A DNA stretch of 64,000 nt, taken from contig OZ024740.1 of assembly GCA_964016885.1 (NCBI GenBank), positions 68,200,001 through 68,264,000 on the forward strand. The letters run 5' to 3'. The notes under the pieces were generated by a model. The model had not been told where the DNA came from. It saw nothing but the letters and a program-made list of their open reading frames with translations, and made no database searches. The stretch comes from Eledone cirrhosa (Eukaryota). Below, piece by piece: positions 41,788-54,564 of this stretch. Numbering within the stretch: position 1 is the stretch's first letter; each line of letters opens with the position of its first letter. The position numbers were made by a program, and so were the translations under genes.

Positions 41788-41789
<2 letters not shown>
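39927..41789 (-). mobile_element. 5'-truncated Tx1/L1-clade LINE ORF2 fragment with 5' fold-back
   Basis: VRQGCPLS, AYADD, GGLGMP and zf-RVT-like LPVRDKL..CPRC..DETVLHALVQC. One frameshift near 41395. GC-rich, AATAAA near the 3' end, (AAT)n flanks. Confidence 0.9.
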
Positions 41790-41847
<58 letters not shown>

Positions 41848-41854
<7 letters not shown>

Positions 41855-42577
41855 TGGGTGCAGCCCATTATGCTGTGTATGCAAAAAACAACCAGAGACC
41901 ATTGACCATATAATTTCAATGTGCAGTCCTATAGCTCCAACCGAATACCTAAACAGGCATGACAGAGCTGCACAATACATACATTGGATAATGTGTAAGC
42001 AATTTGACCTGCCCCATCAAAAGAATGGGTGGGAGCATCAGCCACCTCCCATACTTGAAAAAGATCACATCTCAATCTTGTGGAACTTTAGCATCCAAAC
42101 AGACCGAAAAATAGATGCAAACAGACCTGATATAATATTGAAAGACTTTCAAAAGAGGGTATGCCTGCTAATTGATATGTCTGTTCCAATAGACAAGAAT
42201 GTATCTATAAAAACATTTGAAAAATTGAGCAAGTATAAGGACCTGGAGATAGAAATTGGAAAAACGTGGAAATTGAGAACTAAAACAATACCAGTGGTTG
42301 TAGGCGCTCTGGGAATGATACCTAAGGGGTCTAATGATTACTTATCGCAAATCCCAGGAAACCCGCGTATAGGAGAAATACAAAAGATAGTACTAATGGG
42401 AACTGCCCATATACTAAGGAAGATTCTGTCAATATAAGTACATCACAAGTCTAAACACTAAAGATGCATGTGTGAATATGTATGTTCTTTCTTGAACATG
42501 GCGGACCTTGTTGTCTCTTGAGGTCACTGGTTGTGACTTGGTGATAACTCGAACATAAAGCAAGATAAATGCAACTG
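41848..42577 (+). mobile_element. R4/Dong-type LINE 3' fragment, family B
   Basis: RHD, RPDI..IDMSVP and KLSKYKDL. Nearly identical to 62217-62945(-). (TAA)n tail. Confidence 0.92.
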
Positions 42578-42745
42578 TAATAATAATAATAAATTTGAAG
42601 ACTAAAATCCAAAGAGGGCTCGATAAGGATAAATATATATCAAATATATAAGAACCGTAAAGCAAATATTTATTAAAATAACATATTTTATGTTTAAGTT
42701 TAAGCAAAGAATCGGTGCTTTCACCCTTAACGGGATCCTCTGAAA
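42578..42745 (-). repeat. pLTR-like repeat with degenerate HHR (42709-42745)
   Basis: Minus strand reads CAGAGGA-tCCC gttaa GGGt-GAAA-gcac. Its left end TAATAATAAATTTGAAGACTAAAAT also occurs at 25026-25053. Confidence 0.5.
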
Positions 42746-42794
42746 AAATATATATATATTAAATATATATATATATCAATATATATATATATGC

Positions 42795-43005
<211 letters not shown>

Positions 43006-43367
43006 AGCGCACTTATTTTGTGGAAAAGTAAAGACGATAAGAAAATATTTGTTACCTAACTACTTTGATATCGTGACTGCAGTTTCCCTGAGTGTCAGGA
43101 GAAATTTCGAATGGAAGAATCATCTCGTGATTAGTAGTTAACAGAAGGGCAGTGGTAGGTGAACAATGGCAACTGGCGGGGCTGCTAGAAGAAGCAGTGT
43201 GATGCAGCCAAATTTAACTTTTTTCTGTAGAGTATTAAATTTGGCCGAATCGGACTGCCAACGTAAGTCCGAAAATCGATTAAAGGTATTTATCATTTTC
43301 TTTTTCAATTTGCAGGAAAATTCGTATTTTCTGGCATGGTTAAATACCAATAACATATATATATATA

Positions 43368-43471
<104 letters not shown>

Positions 43472-43670
43472 TACATATAACTCTTTTACTCTGTAGGTTG
43501 AGGCAATGTCTGAGCACCGCCACTATATAAATATATATGATATATATATATATATATGCGTGTGTGTGTATGTGTGTGTGTGTGTTCAGTAGAGGTTGTT
43601 TTGAAAAAAACAGGAGTAAGCATGAGAAAGCCCGCAACAATCGTAGTTTTTAGTTACGATGGAGTATTTT

Positions 43671-44775
43671 ATAACATAACAAAATAGATGCTGAGGCTAC
43701 ATATATCGTCTAGTCATTATAATTATTTCCACGGTTCTCCATGCAATCGAGATGCCCTTCATGCATTTGCTGTTGATTATGAGAACAGTATCCTCATCTG
43801 AATATCAGATCTGTTTGATATCTCACTGGCAGGAAAAAACAGACGTCCTATTGCTTGTGTGCCCAGCAGACATATGAGTTCCTTGAAGGATTTGCCAGCC
43901 GTCGTGTTTGCTAAAAAAAGCTATCAACGAGAAAAAAATCTATCAACGAAAAAAGCGAAAAAACTGTGTGTAGCCAAAGTTCAGTAGACAGTGGAAGCAA
44001 TATATGGAGCTATGAGGGGGAGAGGGGTATACATTTTGTTCACAACCATCTATAGACAACAACAACAACAACAACGACGACGAAAACGACAACGATAATA
44101 TCAACGCAATAAAAGGGGTTCTGAAGTAGTTGGATACACAGAATTGGTGGCATCAATCACCATGACTATAGTAACAACAATAGTAACGGCAACAAATATT
44201 ATCACCGCCCATCACCTACTGCGTTCGTCGTAGTAGTGGTGGTATCATTGATACTTGTATCAAGCCAATGGCGGTGAGCACCCAGTTACATGGGAGCCAG
44301 ACATTGGTAACACCAACAACAACATCACCAGTGATGAGTCCACCTCGGTGACGGCGACAACAAGAACCACGCTTCCATGAAAAGTAACTAACCACAATAG
44401 TAGTCCGTTGAAACAAGGAAACGAAAAAAATGGGACAGAAATATAGATGGGTATTTATCTATAAACAAATACATGCACAGTTAATACAGTGCTCTCTATC
44501 ATTCTAGGGCACAAGGCTAGCAATAATTACAGTGCAGAAAAAACAACTAACCACAATAGCATTCAGTTTCAACTACAGTGGTATCAGTACTATTAAAACG
44601 ACGTGTGTTTTTTTCTGCCAACGACATATCAAAGATATCGGTTATTCATCTGAGAATACCATTCTCATAATCAACAGCAAATGCATGAAGGGCATCTCAA
44701 TTGCTAGGAGATCCTTGAAAATAATTATAATGATTAAACGATAAATGTAGCCTCAACATCTTAGTTTGTTATTAT
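43671..44775. mobile_element. Old element with ~175-bp inverted repeats (MITE or DNA-transposon remnant)
   Basis: 43671-43846 inverted against 44600-44775, diverged. Low-complexity interior; no transposase seen. Confidence 0.55.
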
Positions 44776-44827
<52 letters not shown>

Positions 44828-44829
<2 letters not shown>

Positions 44830-45031
44830 TAATAACACACCAGTTAGTTAACCATACCGAGAACAATTGTTTCACCTTATGCGGATCTTCAGCTCGGACT
44901 CAAGCAGAAAATCCGCAATAAGTGAAACAATTGTTCTTAGTATGGTGAACTAACTGTTGTGTTATTACTTCTGCAAAACTTGTTCCATGGACTGAGTGCT
45001 CTACCACTACGGATACTACCTTCCAGTGTTC

Positions 45032-45035
<4 letters not shown>
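44828..45035. mobile_element. Fold-back solo pLTR with head-to-head HHRs (family H3)
   Basis: 44857-44897(-): CCGAG-CTGAAGA-tCC..GGt-GAAA-CAATTG-TT-CTCGG. Degenerate mirror at 44900-44945(+). Matches 52167-52303. Confidence 0.8.
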
Positions 45036-45116
<81 letters not shown>

Positions 45117-45132
45117 AGTAGGAAAGTCGTGT

Positions 45133-45224
45133 CAAGCGAGACGCGTGTTTCGCTATTGACCATATCAATGTATGACCCGTATCGATCGGGCCCGATACTG
45201 GACTCAATATCTCATCAGACTGGT
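45133..45224 (-). ncRNA. Hammerhead motif with long stem II insertion
   Basis: CTGATGA-GaTATTGA...TCAATAgC-GAAA-CACGCG-TC. Stem I is weak. Confidence 0.55.
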
Positions 45225-46307
45225 GGTTTCCTTAAGTATCTGTTTACAAGAGATTTGACCTATGTTGCTATTGTTTTTCATCTTCTTCGCGATAACCCAC
45301 ATTATAATACGCATTATTCTGCATCTTTTCTCTGTCTCTACACATATACAATATGAAATAAATAATGGAATGGGGTCGATCGTTAAATCGGACCAAATAT
45401 ACTAGGTTTCCAGCGATTATTCTATTGATAATATTATGAATCGTTTGCAGTTTATAATAGAAGGATGTGATATTTAATCTCTGACTGCTCAGAACCTTAT
45501 CAGGAACCACAAAGCAACTTTTTAGATTACTAAATTAGTATATTTATTCAGATGAAAACGATTAAAAGTGAAGTTGACCCAATCGGTATTTGAACTCAGA
45601 GCACAGAGATCCGCTACAAAGATTGAGGTATATAATCCGATGTTCTAAGGTTTCTGCAATTAGCAATATAAACGAAGCAGATTCTTAACCTTACCGACGA
45701 CAATAGGATGTATGTATGTATTGAATCGCTACAAGAGTGTGATCTTGAAAGGGACATATTGCATATTGAACTGCGCTATAAAGACTATAGCCTACAGTTC
45801 AATCAATACTGAGAATAATGTTTCGCTTGTAAACTGTTTCTCCCAGCACACTCCAACAAATAAACTAATCAACTGCTCCTGTACTGGTGCTTTATTTTTC
45901 GACACAGAAATTGACATCAACAGAATTTGAACTGATGTATGAGTTCAATTCTTGATAAGAAAATATTCATTGAACTGCACTATTTAGACCACAGATCGAT
46001 AAATATAAAGAAGGATGAAATACTCCGCCCGTATGATTTTTTTCCCTTAGCACATACTACATTAAAAGGTCATATTTCGATGCTGACCTAAAGTTCCATT
46101 TAAAGTTAAGAGAGACCTTCACGTTACTGGTGTAGTAAACTTTCTCGTTAATAATATTACGACTTTCGCATTTATATTCTTTATTTTACGCTTTTCTGTC
46201 ATCTTCTCTTTTATCCACTCACTTTTTATAGTCTTTTCATGAGTTTTCTTCTGCCATTCATTCAATCATTCACTCCATCTTCTTTCTTCTTTCTTTCTTA
46301 AATTACA

Positions 46308-46437
<130 letters not shown>

Positions 46438-46667
46438 TGCATACACGCACATATGTATATATACATTCATTCTTTATTTTTGCAATCTATTGTGCTACTA
46501 ATTGAATGATATCACGATATCTCAAGATCAAAACTTCTGTCATCAATTTAAAGACCTCCATCAACAATAACTACCGAAAGCAGGATGAACGAATACAGAA
46601 CGTTAATATAGACGAATTTAAACACAAATGGAGAAGAGAAATAAAAATATAACATTATACATACATA

Positions 46668-46769
<102 letters not shown>

Positions 46770-48134
46770 AAGTAGCAAATGTTATAACTGTATAACTGTT
46801 CTATTCCATAAATGATCAATACTTATATGTATAAAAGTATAAAATGTATTTAAAACCATCACTGTGAATATAATGACTTACTGCTTTAACCTTAGGTCAG
46901 CGTTTAACATTTGATGTCAAAGACAAAGGACAGATCATACTCGAGCAAAGGAACTCATTTCAAATGAATCGGTGGTTTGGCATTTATCATGTCTATTCAT
47001 GTAAATATCACGAAATTGCCGCTTTGCCTATTTACTACTCTACATAAAGTAATTCATACTTTCTTCTCCTTTATCCCAAAACATCCGGCTTCTCTCTGGA
47101 ATCTGAGTTACTTTGCTTTTAAAATATTATATATGTGGTTGGTCAACGACGCAGCAAACTTTACTACAAAGGGATATCTACAGTATCGTGACAGTTACCG
47201 AAATAGGCGGAAGTGTTTGATGATAATGATAACAATAATAATCTTTCGAATTATGAAAACGCCAGGCGTTAAATATTTGAAAATATGAGAGTCCCATGGA
47301 ATATAACAGTACTATCAGTCACTCTCTATAGATATAAGTTGATAAATTGGGTAAATTACGCTGAGAGACGAAAAAAGTGGACAAAGCCATCCTAATGATT
47401 TCTTATTTGGCCAGCGAATTGCCTGAGTGGAGAGCCGCTGAAAACGAACCCTGTACTTGCCTGGTACTCTATTTTATCATGATACGCGTGTTAAGTAGGA
47501 CCTCCATTGGTAACGACAATTAGGATTACAAATGTTGAAATCAATGGAAGAGCGTGACATGGCTAGCTTTAAAATTAAAATACACGTCATTTTTGCCAGC
47601 CGGGTGGGCTGGGACAGCATGAAAAACGTGCGTTGCTCAAGGATACAACGTGTTATCAAGAATAGATCTCAAAATCGTAAGATGGTGAGAGTGAACACCC
47701 TAAACACTAAGCCATGCCCGAATGCACTGCTAAAATAAATACACGAATAAACACACACGTGCAAAAGGAATAAATATGTGACCAATCATGATCTATATCT
47801 AACAATCAAATTTCAAACATAGATATCAGAAAACATCATCGCCAGCATAATTATTAATACACTTGCTTAAAATGAAAAGCCGTACAAAGGTAAAACATAG
47901 TTTTCATTCCGAGGATGAGACTGCAAAACTATAGAAATATTGATTACGGATTTAAGATCTCTGTGGTTCCATACGAGATACAAAGCATATCATAAGGAGA
48001 TGCGAGAGAAAGAATTTAAAATTACGACGTAGACAAGTCTTTCATAATACACCCTTAAAAAATCAGACAACCGCACACAAACACACACACACACACACGC
48101 AAAAATATATATATATATATATATATATGTGATA

Positions 48135-48241
<107 letters not shown>

Positions 48242-48640
48242 TTGTATGAATAATTACATCAGTGACATAAAGAGGTACTCTAATTACGTTGGGTTCTGGA
48301 CCCTAACTCATTCAGCCCACCATAACAGATATAAGAATAAAGATGGCCGCCTAGGGTTGATTTCACTTTGCTTTAAGGAATATGTATATAAAAATCATTT
48401 GCTAACATGTCTCAAAACTCGTGTGTGTATTGATTTTATATAGAGGTTTACAAATGTTCCAATCATACAGACATTGAGACCACACGTCTGCGGAGGTGAT
48501 CGATGCTGGAGTCGAATCTATCTTATTGATGAGGATCACTTGTCAATAATCTTTGAAATTTATGGAACGGTCGATAGAAAATGGAAATGAATAAAAGTGA
48601 AATGTCATCATGTATTTCAAATGCACTCTGCTATGTCATC

Positions 48641-48697
<57 letters not shown>

Positions 48698-48698
<1 letters not shown>

Positions 48699-49610
48699 TT
48701 ACTTGATTTTTTTCATGTTTTCCTCTCTTTACATTGCCTCACCATTCGTATTTGTTTACATGTCTCTCTTTCTCCACCCAACTCTTTTTATCCTAAAAAC
48801 TTATTTTAGATATTGTATAGCCCTAGCTGGAGGTATATTGTCTATAATGCGAAGAAATACCTATGATGGCTAGTAGACAACTGATGACGGATATTCCTAA
48901 CTTCTATTTCTAATTCTTCATGTATTATACTTAAATGCAACAACACAGCTCGCCATTTTTTATTCATATATGCTTTCCCATTTGCTGTGACCTGTCTATT
49001 TTCTCTTCCCTTACTGCTACACACTTTCTCTCCCCCCTCCTCTCTCCTTCCCCCTCTTACTTTCACTCACCCCCTCTGCTAGACACCCTTTCTCGGTTAG
49101 CCTCTTACTCGCACTTTCACTCACTCACTTTCTGCTACTCACCCTCTCTCTCGCATCCTCCATCGTCCCACACCGTACGAGATCCTCTTCCTCGCTCACA
49201 CCCGTACGGTTAAGATGTCTCTTTACCTTCTCGTCAAAATGTGCCCGTTCTTATGTTCGAAATTATAAATGGCGAGCTGTGTTGTTGCATTTAAGTATAA
49301 TAAATGAAGAATTAGAAATAGAAGTTAGAAATATCCGAATTATTTACTTGATTTTTTCATTTTTTCCTCTCTTTACGTTGCCTCACCATTCGTGTTTGTT
49401 TACATGTCTCTCTTTCTCCACCCGACTCTTTTTATCCCAATAACTTATTTTAGTCATTGTATCGCCCTAGATGAAGGTATATAGTCTGTAATGCGATGAA
49501 ATACCTATGATGGCTAGTAGAAAACTGATGACGGATACTCCTAACTTCTATTTCTAATTCTTCATTTATTGTACTTAAATGCAACAATACAGCTCGCCAT
49601 TTTTTATTCA
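48698..49610 (+). mobile_element. Retrozyme-like element (relative of 33906-34545): direct repeats separated by a short inverted segment
   Basis: 48698-48968 repeats at 49343-49610. 49268-49337 is the reverse complement of 48888-48958. Confidence 0.75.
48823..48895 (+). ncRNA. Candidate non-circularly permuted hammerhead ribozyme; decayed copy at 49467-49539
   Basis: CTAGCT-gg-AGGTA-TA-TTGTCTA..AATGCGAA-GAAA-TACCT-atgat-GGCTAG-TAGACAA-CTGATGA-CGGATATT. Confidence 0.68.
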
Positions 49611-49623
49611 TATATATATATAT

Positions 49624-49808
49624 ATGGCTGCCCCCTCGTTATCGAGTATGGCCATTGTACGATATACCATTATAAATAATTATTAATTAATTCTATCGTG
49701 CACTGCCTGTGCGTGATGATATTTTTTAAAGTGAGGAAAAACTGTGCACTGAGCCAATAATAATAATGGCATATCGTGCAGTGGCCATACTCGATAACGA
49801 GGGGGAAA

Positions 49809-49812
<4 letters not shown>
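49624..49812 (-). mobile_element. ~130-bp bipartite RTE-derived SINE-like element with inverted duplicate of its 3' end
   Basis: Minus strand has TTCCTCACTTTAAAAAA..CGCACAGGC (RTE 5'UTR motif) and GGCCATACTCGATAACGAGGGGGCAGCCA (RTE-type 3' end). 49763-49811 mirrors 49624-49672. Confidence 0.65.
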
Positions 49813-49873
<61 letters not shown>

Positions 49874-49875
<2 letters not shown>

Positions 49876-51582
49876 AAGAATAGAAGTGGGGAGAGCGCGG
49901 TTGAGAAGTGTGAGTTTAAAGAGAGTTGGAAGATCTTCAACGAGAAAACAGGGAGGACGAGAGGGAGTTCGAGTTATATCCAGGGTTCAGGGCCTGAATA
50001 TAGGAAGAGGAAATGGCTGGATCATTTTAAGATCCTACTCGGAGAGCCGACTTCCACAACCAAGAACAATGGGGAGATTAGACAGATGTTTGAGGAACTG
50101 GATATTGAGACAAGACCCTTCACCAGAGACGAGCTTCAGAAAGCCAAGAAGAAGATCAAGGAGGGCAAGTCTCATGGAGAAGATGGAGTGGCTCTGAGGT
50201 GATGAAGAGGTATGATTTTGATATCATCCTGGAGTTATGTAACAAGGCACTGGAGAAAGGAATTGCCCTGGATCAATGGAGGATCAGTAACATAGTCTCA
50301 GTGAAAAGGGAGTGAGATCTCTCTCACACCAACAACTACAGGGGGATCTCACAGACGTCACATCTGACAAGTACCATCAACAGGATGATTCTTGACAGGA
50401 TCTAGCCGAGATGGAGAAGAAGATCAGGGACGACTAGAAGGACTTCAGAAGGGAAGATCAATCAACAGTAACCATCCTGATGCTAAGGAGTATATTAGAG
50501 GGAGCTAGAGCAAAGTGCCTTCCTGCTGTCATCGTTTTCATTTACTTCAGGAAGGCTTTTGGTTCTGTAGACTATCTCTGACTGATGAAGATTTTACAGT
50601 CTCATGGAACCTCAAGAAGATAGTGGACCTGACATCACTGCTCTACACCAACACCAGAGCACAAGTCCCGATTACGGAGTTCTTTGGGATATTGCCTGGA
50701 GTGTTCCAGGAAGATACATTGGCTCCCTACCTTTTCATCATCGCAGTGGACTATTGTATGCGCCTTTCCCTGGCGAGACACCTAGACTAGAGCTTTTAAT
50801 GTAGCCGAGATTCATAGTGGGAGAGTTAAAGTCAAAAATATATCAGATGCTGTATTTACTGACGTCATAGTTCATATGACAAACACAGTGAAGGAGGCAG
50901 AGGAGTTGATTCAGGAGATGGAGAATGTCGATTACTGTGCGGTTGAGAATTAATGAGAGTCAGATGAAGTATTTGGTAGAGAACATTAGGAAGTGAGAGA
51001 AGATTATGAATGTAGGCAGGAAGTCACTAGAGTTGGTTGAGGACTTCATGTATCTGGGAGCAAAGATTGATAACACCGAGGATAATGTGTTGGCGAGGAA
51101 GAGCAAAGCCTGGGCAGCGTGTCAGAATTTGTGGTTGTCGTGGATGTCGGACTTGAGCTATCCATCACTGTTGCTGCTGTACAGATCGAAGATTTGGACA
51201 CTCACTAACAGACTCAGTCAGATGTTCGATGGGTGCTGCAGCAGAATGTTGAGAATGATTCTGAACATTAATCACTACACACCGAGGATGAAGAACTCAG
51301 AGCAGTACGGGAGCTTCTGAAACGTCAGCTCGAAAGTGTCACACAGGGAAGTGTGGTTAGCTGGACATGCTCATCGACATTCAAAGTTGACACTGTACAC
51401 AGTGGTCATATGGGAGCCCCTATGCAGACACAGTAGATGTGGCAAACCGAAGTTGACATATATTGATGCCCTAGGGACAGACACTGGTGCCTGAGGGACG
51501 CAGGACAATGCTGCTATGATGGAGGACAGAGGCCGCTGGAGATAATTCGATCGTGGATCTCGGGAATGTTACCCACCCTAGA
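49874..51582 (+). pseudogene. Degenerate RTE-clade LINE (RT and 3' end)
   Basis: NNYRGIS, GVFQEDTLAPYLFII, FMYLG and LAGHAHRH. Homologous to 56810-58723(-). Confidence 0.85.
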
Positions 51583-51599
51583 AATATATATATAAATAT

Positions 51600-51960
51600 A
51601 TATGCAAACATTTTATTTAAAATTGTTGGGTTACAACGAGTAAATATTTTATAACTGATATAAAAGCACTCAACAGAATTTGGAGTATTTTACGATATTA
51701 AACAAATGGAAACTACATTTATAAAACCATATTTATTTCATTATATATATTTCAGGGATATCATATTAAAAATATGGTATGCGCTCTTCAGACAAAATAC
51801 AATATATAAACAGTTTGGTCAAATTTATTTATAAAACTGTTTATATATTGTATTTTGTCTGAAGAGGGCATACCATATTTTTAATATGATACCCCTGAAA
51901 TATATATAATGAAATAAATATGGTTTTATAAATGTATTTTCCATTTGTTTAATATCGTAT
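51600..51960. mobile_element. Fold-back HHR element (family H4); HHRs at 51851-51916(+) and 51734-51799(-)
   Basis: Arms 51691-51816 and 51834-51959. TATTTTGT-CTGAAGA-GGG..CCCt-GAAA-TATATA-TA-ATGAAATA. Confidence 0.8.
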
Positions 51961-51963
51961 ATA

Positions 51964-51999
<36 letters not shown>

Positions 52000-52035
52000 A
52001 ATAAATCTACCAAAATATACGGTAGTGTCCAATTC

Positions 52036-52137
<102 letters not shown>

Positions 52138-52139
52138 TT

Positions 52140-52166
<27 letters not shown>

Positions 52167-52171
<5 letters not shown>

Positions 52172-53288
52172 AACACTGGAAGGTAATATCCGTAGTGGTA
52201 GAGCACTAGGTCCATGGGACGAGTTAGGTAGAAGTGGTAACACAACAGTTAGTTCATCATACCGAGAACGATTGTTTCACCTTAGCGGATCTTCAGCTCG
52301 GACTGGTCATGGTTATACGGGATAGGAAGAATAACCGCATGAACGCGCATGCGCAGAAACCATCACTTTACCCAAGCGATACAATGCAACGGGAGAAAGT
52401 TGTAAGGGAGATAACTGCGAAAGTCCGAAAAGTAGTTCGAGTTGGTAAGAAAATTAGAATGTTGTTATTCAATCCGGAGCTTTGTAGTTATACAAGATGT
52501 GTTTCCAGACATGTGGACAATGTGTGAAGAATCGTTCCATGAGTTTAGGAAATAGCTATTGCGTAATCTCCTTAGAATATTTATCTGTTCATCAATACAC
52601 AGTCCACAAGACGGATTGGCTCTTGCGTATGGCCTGGAATAAGTGATGGCTTTCTATTAAATGGAGTAGTCTATACTTGAGTCCTTGAGAGACCATACGT
52701 GGCTCAGGAGTTTCGTGTATGATCGTTTGTCCGAGTACCTAAAGGTCGACCTATGGTTCAGCAAGCGTTCCTTAAATCGACCCTCTGCCATACCCACATA
52801 GGATAGGACCTCCTGTGGTTGATTTGGTCGGTTGGAAGTGACCACAGGTTCATAAACTATAGCGAGTGTGTTGCATTACTGTTGAAGGGGACAAGCTTCA
52901 GGGTGTCGGTACGAGCACCCTGGTGCGGTGCTGTCTTAGGGCTGTTGGTGATGTGGGCCTTCATATTCTTAGCGCAGCTGTACGTAGTTTTACTCTGTGT
53001 CTGTTAAAGATGGAGCGCTATTTGTGACATATGGAAAAGTATCTATCTAAGAGGGCTAAAAATGTTTTCCTACATTAGTATTAACGTTGAGTGAGAAGGG
53101 AGGAGAGAACCAGATAGTGTGTCTATTGTTATGATTTCTTTTCTTATTGCTGTTGTTGTTAGTGGGAGAGTAAGTGATTGGTTGCGAGAAGCCGCTGTTA
53201 GCTAACGTCGTGTTATAGTATGGTGCCGTTCTGTCAAACATTGCCTTATTAGAGGAGAGATTAGATATTCTAGTACTGATATTATTGT
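52167..53288 (-). mobile_element. PLE 3' fragment (WFSPP linker, GIY-YIG, pLTR with HHR at 52262-52301)
   Basis: PYYN..L..SG, IWFSPPFS and YVGMAEGRFKER. CCGAG-CTGAAGA-tCC gctaa GGt-GAAA-CAATCG-TT-CTCGG. Confidence 0.85.
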
Positions 53289-53783
53289 CCCCCTTACTGA
53301 GTTTTCTACATCTTGCAATACGTTTTTATATATTTGCATTAGTTTACTACTATCGTTTTTCCAACTACACTACATAGTGTATATAACTTTCTTTCTCTCA
53401 AGAATGCGTAAACATGCCAATGATTCTGTGCGTGTGTATATATATATATATATACCAATGCCCATGCACAGACACACACGCCTGAATTTACATGCATACA
53501 TACAATTTTATCTGTCTGTGTGTTAGTGTAATTCTGCGTGAAAATTAAAGAAAAAAACAACAACAAAAAAAACAGAAACAATGAAATAGATGCGTGCGCC
53601 TACATTGTTAAGAGCATTTCTGCGACATATAGCGTATTGATATTGACATTTTTTTTATTATCTCAAAGTCACTTGCAGGCACATAAACATAGATGTTAAC
53701 TGTCATAGAGCAGTAGGCACAGATAGACATAGCATTTAAAGTAACAATAGTGGTACTTATCCCTACCTACTAGCCTACATGTA

Positions 53784-53834
<51 letters not shown>

Positions 53835-53847
53835 ATATATATATATG

Positions 53848-53880
<33 letters not shown>

Positions 53881-53881
<1 letters not shown>

Positions 53882-54037
53882 GTTATTCCGTGTCGAATCG
53901 GAGGTACCACAGTAAGTAAGGTACTCAATACATTGCAGAGTATAAAAGTTTTAATATAGATGAGATTCTACAGGACTAGAACTGTGTCATTCTATGATTT
54001 CTAAAGAATAAAACAGTACTAGTCCTGTAGAATCTCA

Positions 54038-54044
<7 letters not shown>
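53881..54044. repeat. Short hairpin (53954-54044) plus tail, in (TA)n
   Basis: ATATAGATGAGATTCTACAGGACTAG / CTAGTCCTGTAGAATCTCATCTATAT. Confidence 0.7.
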
Positions 54045-54072
<28 letters not shown>

Positions 54073-54251
54073 CAATTTATCAATTTAGCTATCTAATTAA
54101 CTAAATATATATGCATCTATTTACCTGTCTATCTGTAAGTTTAAGTGTATATCTATCAATCTGTTTTCCCCCTGTCTCTGCGTATGTCCCTCTATTTGTC
54201 TGCATCTCATTCTCACCCTCTGTTTATATATATATATATATATGTATATAT

Positions 54252-54336
<85 letters not shown>

Positions 54337-54564
54337 GCACACACACAGACACACATACATATACACAAATATATATATATCGTCCAGAAATAGCCGTCGA
54401 AACGGCTTGAGCTCTGCCGTCGGGGTCAAACATATTCCTATTACCCCTCTACTACACTAAGTATTGAGTACTCTAGTACGTTATGGTCCATCCGGTTCCT
54501 TACAACACCCTCCTTCGTTATATATATATATATATATATATATAAATATATATATATATATGTA

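Noticed and set aside
43070-43135. GAAA-CTGCAG-TC on the minus strand (HHR 3' half)
   Set aside because: No convincing CUGANGA or stem II partner.
48518-48577. CTATC..TTGATGA..GAACGG-TC-GATAG
   Set aside because: Both core segments are mutated and stem II is ambiguous.
49467-49517. SECIS-like ATGAA...AA...TGAT hairpin, or a C/D box
   Set aside because: The 5' ATGA is not conserved in the 48823 or 34401 copies; the permuted HHR explains the conserved blocks better.
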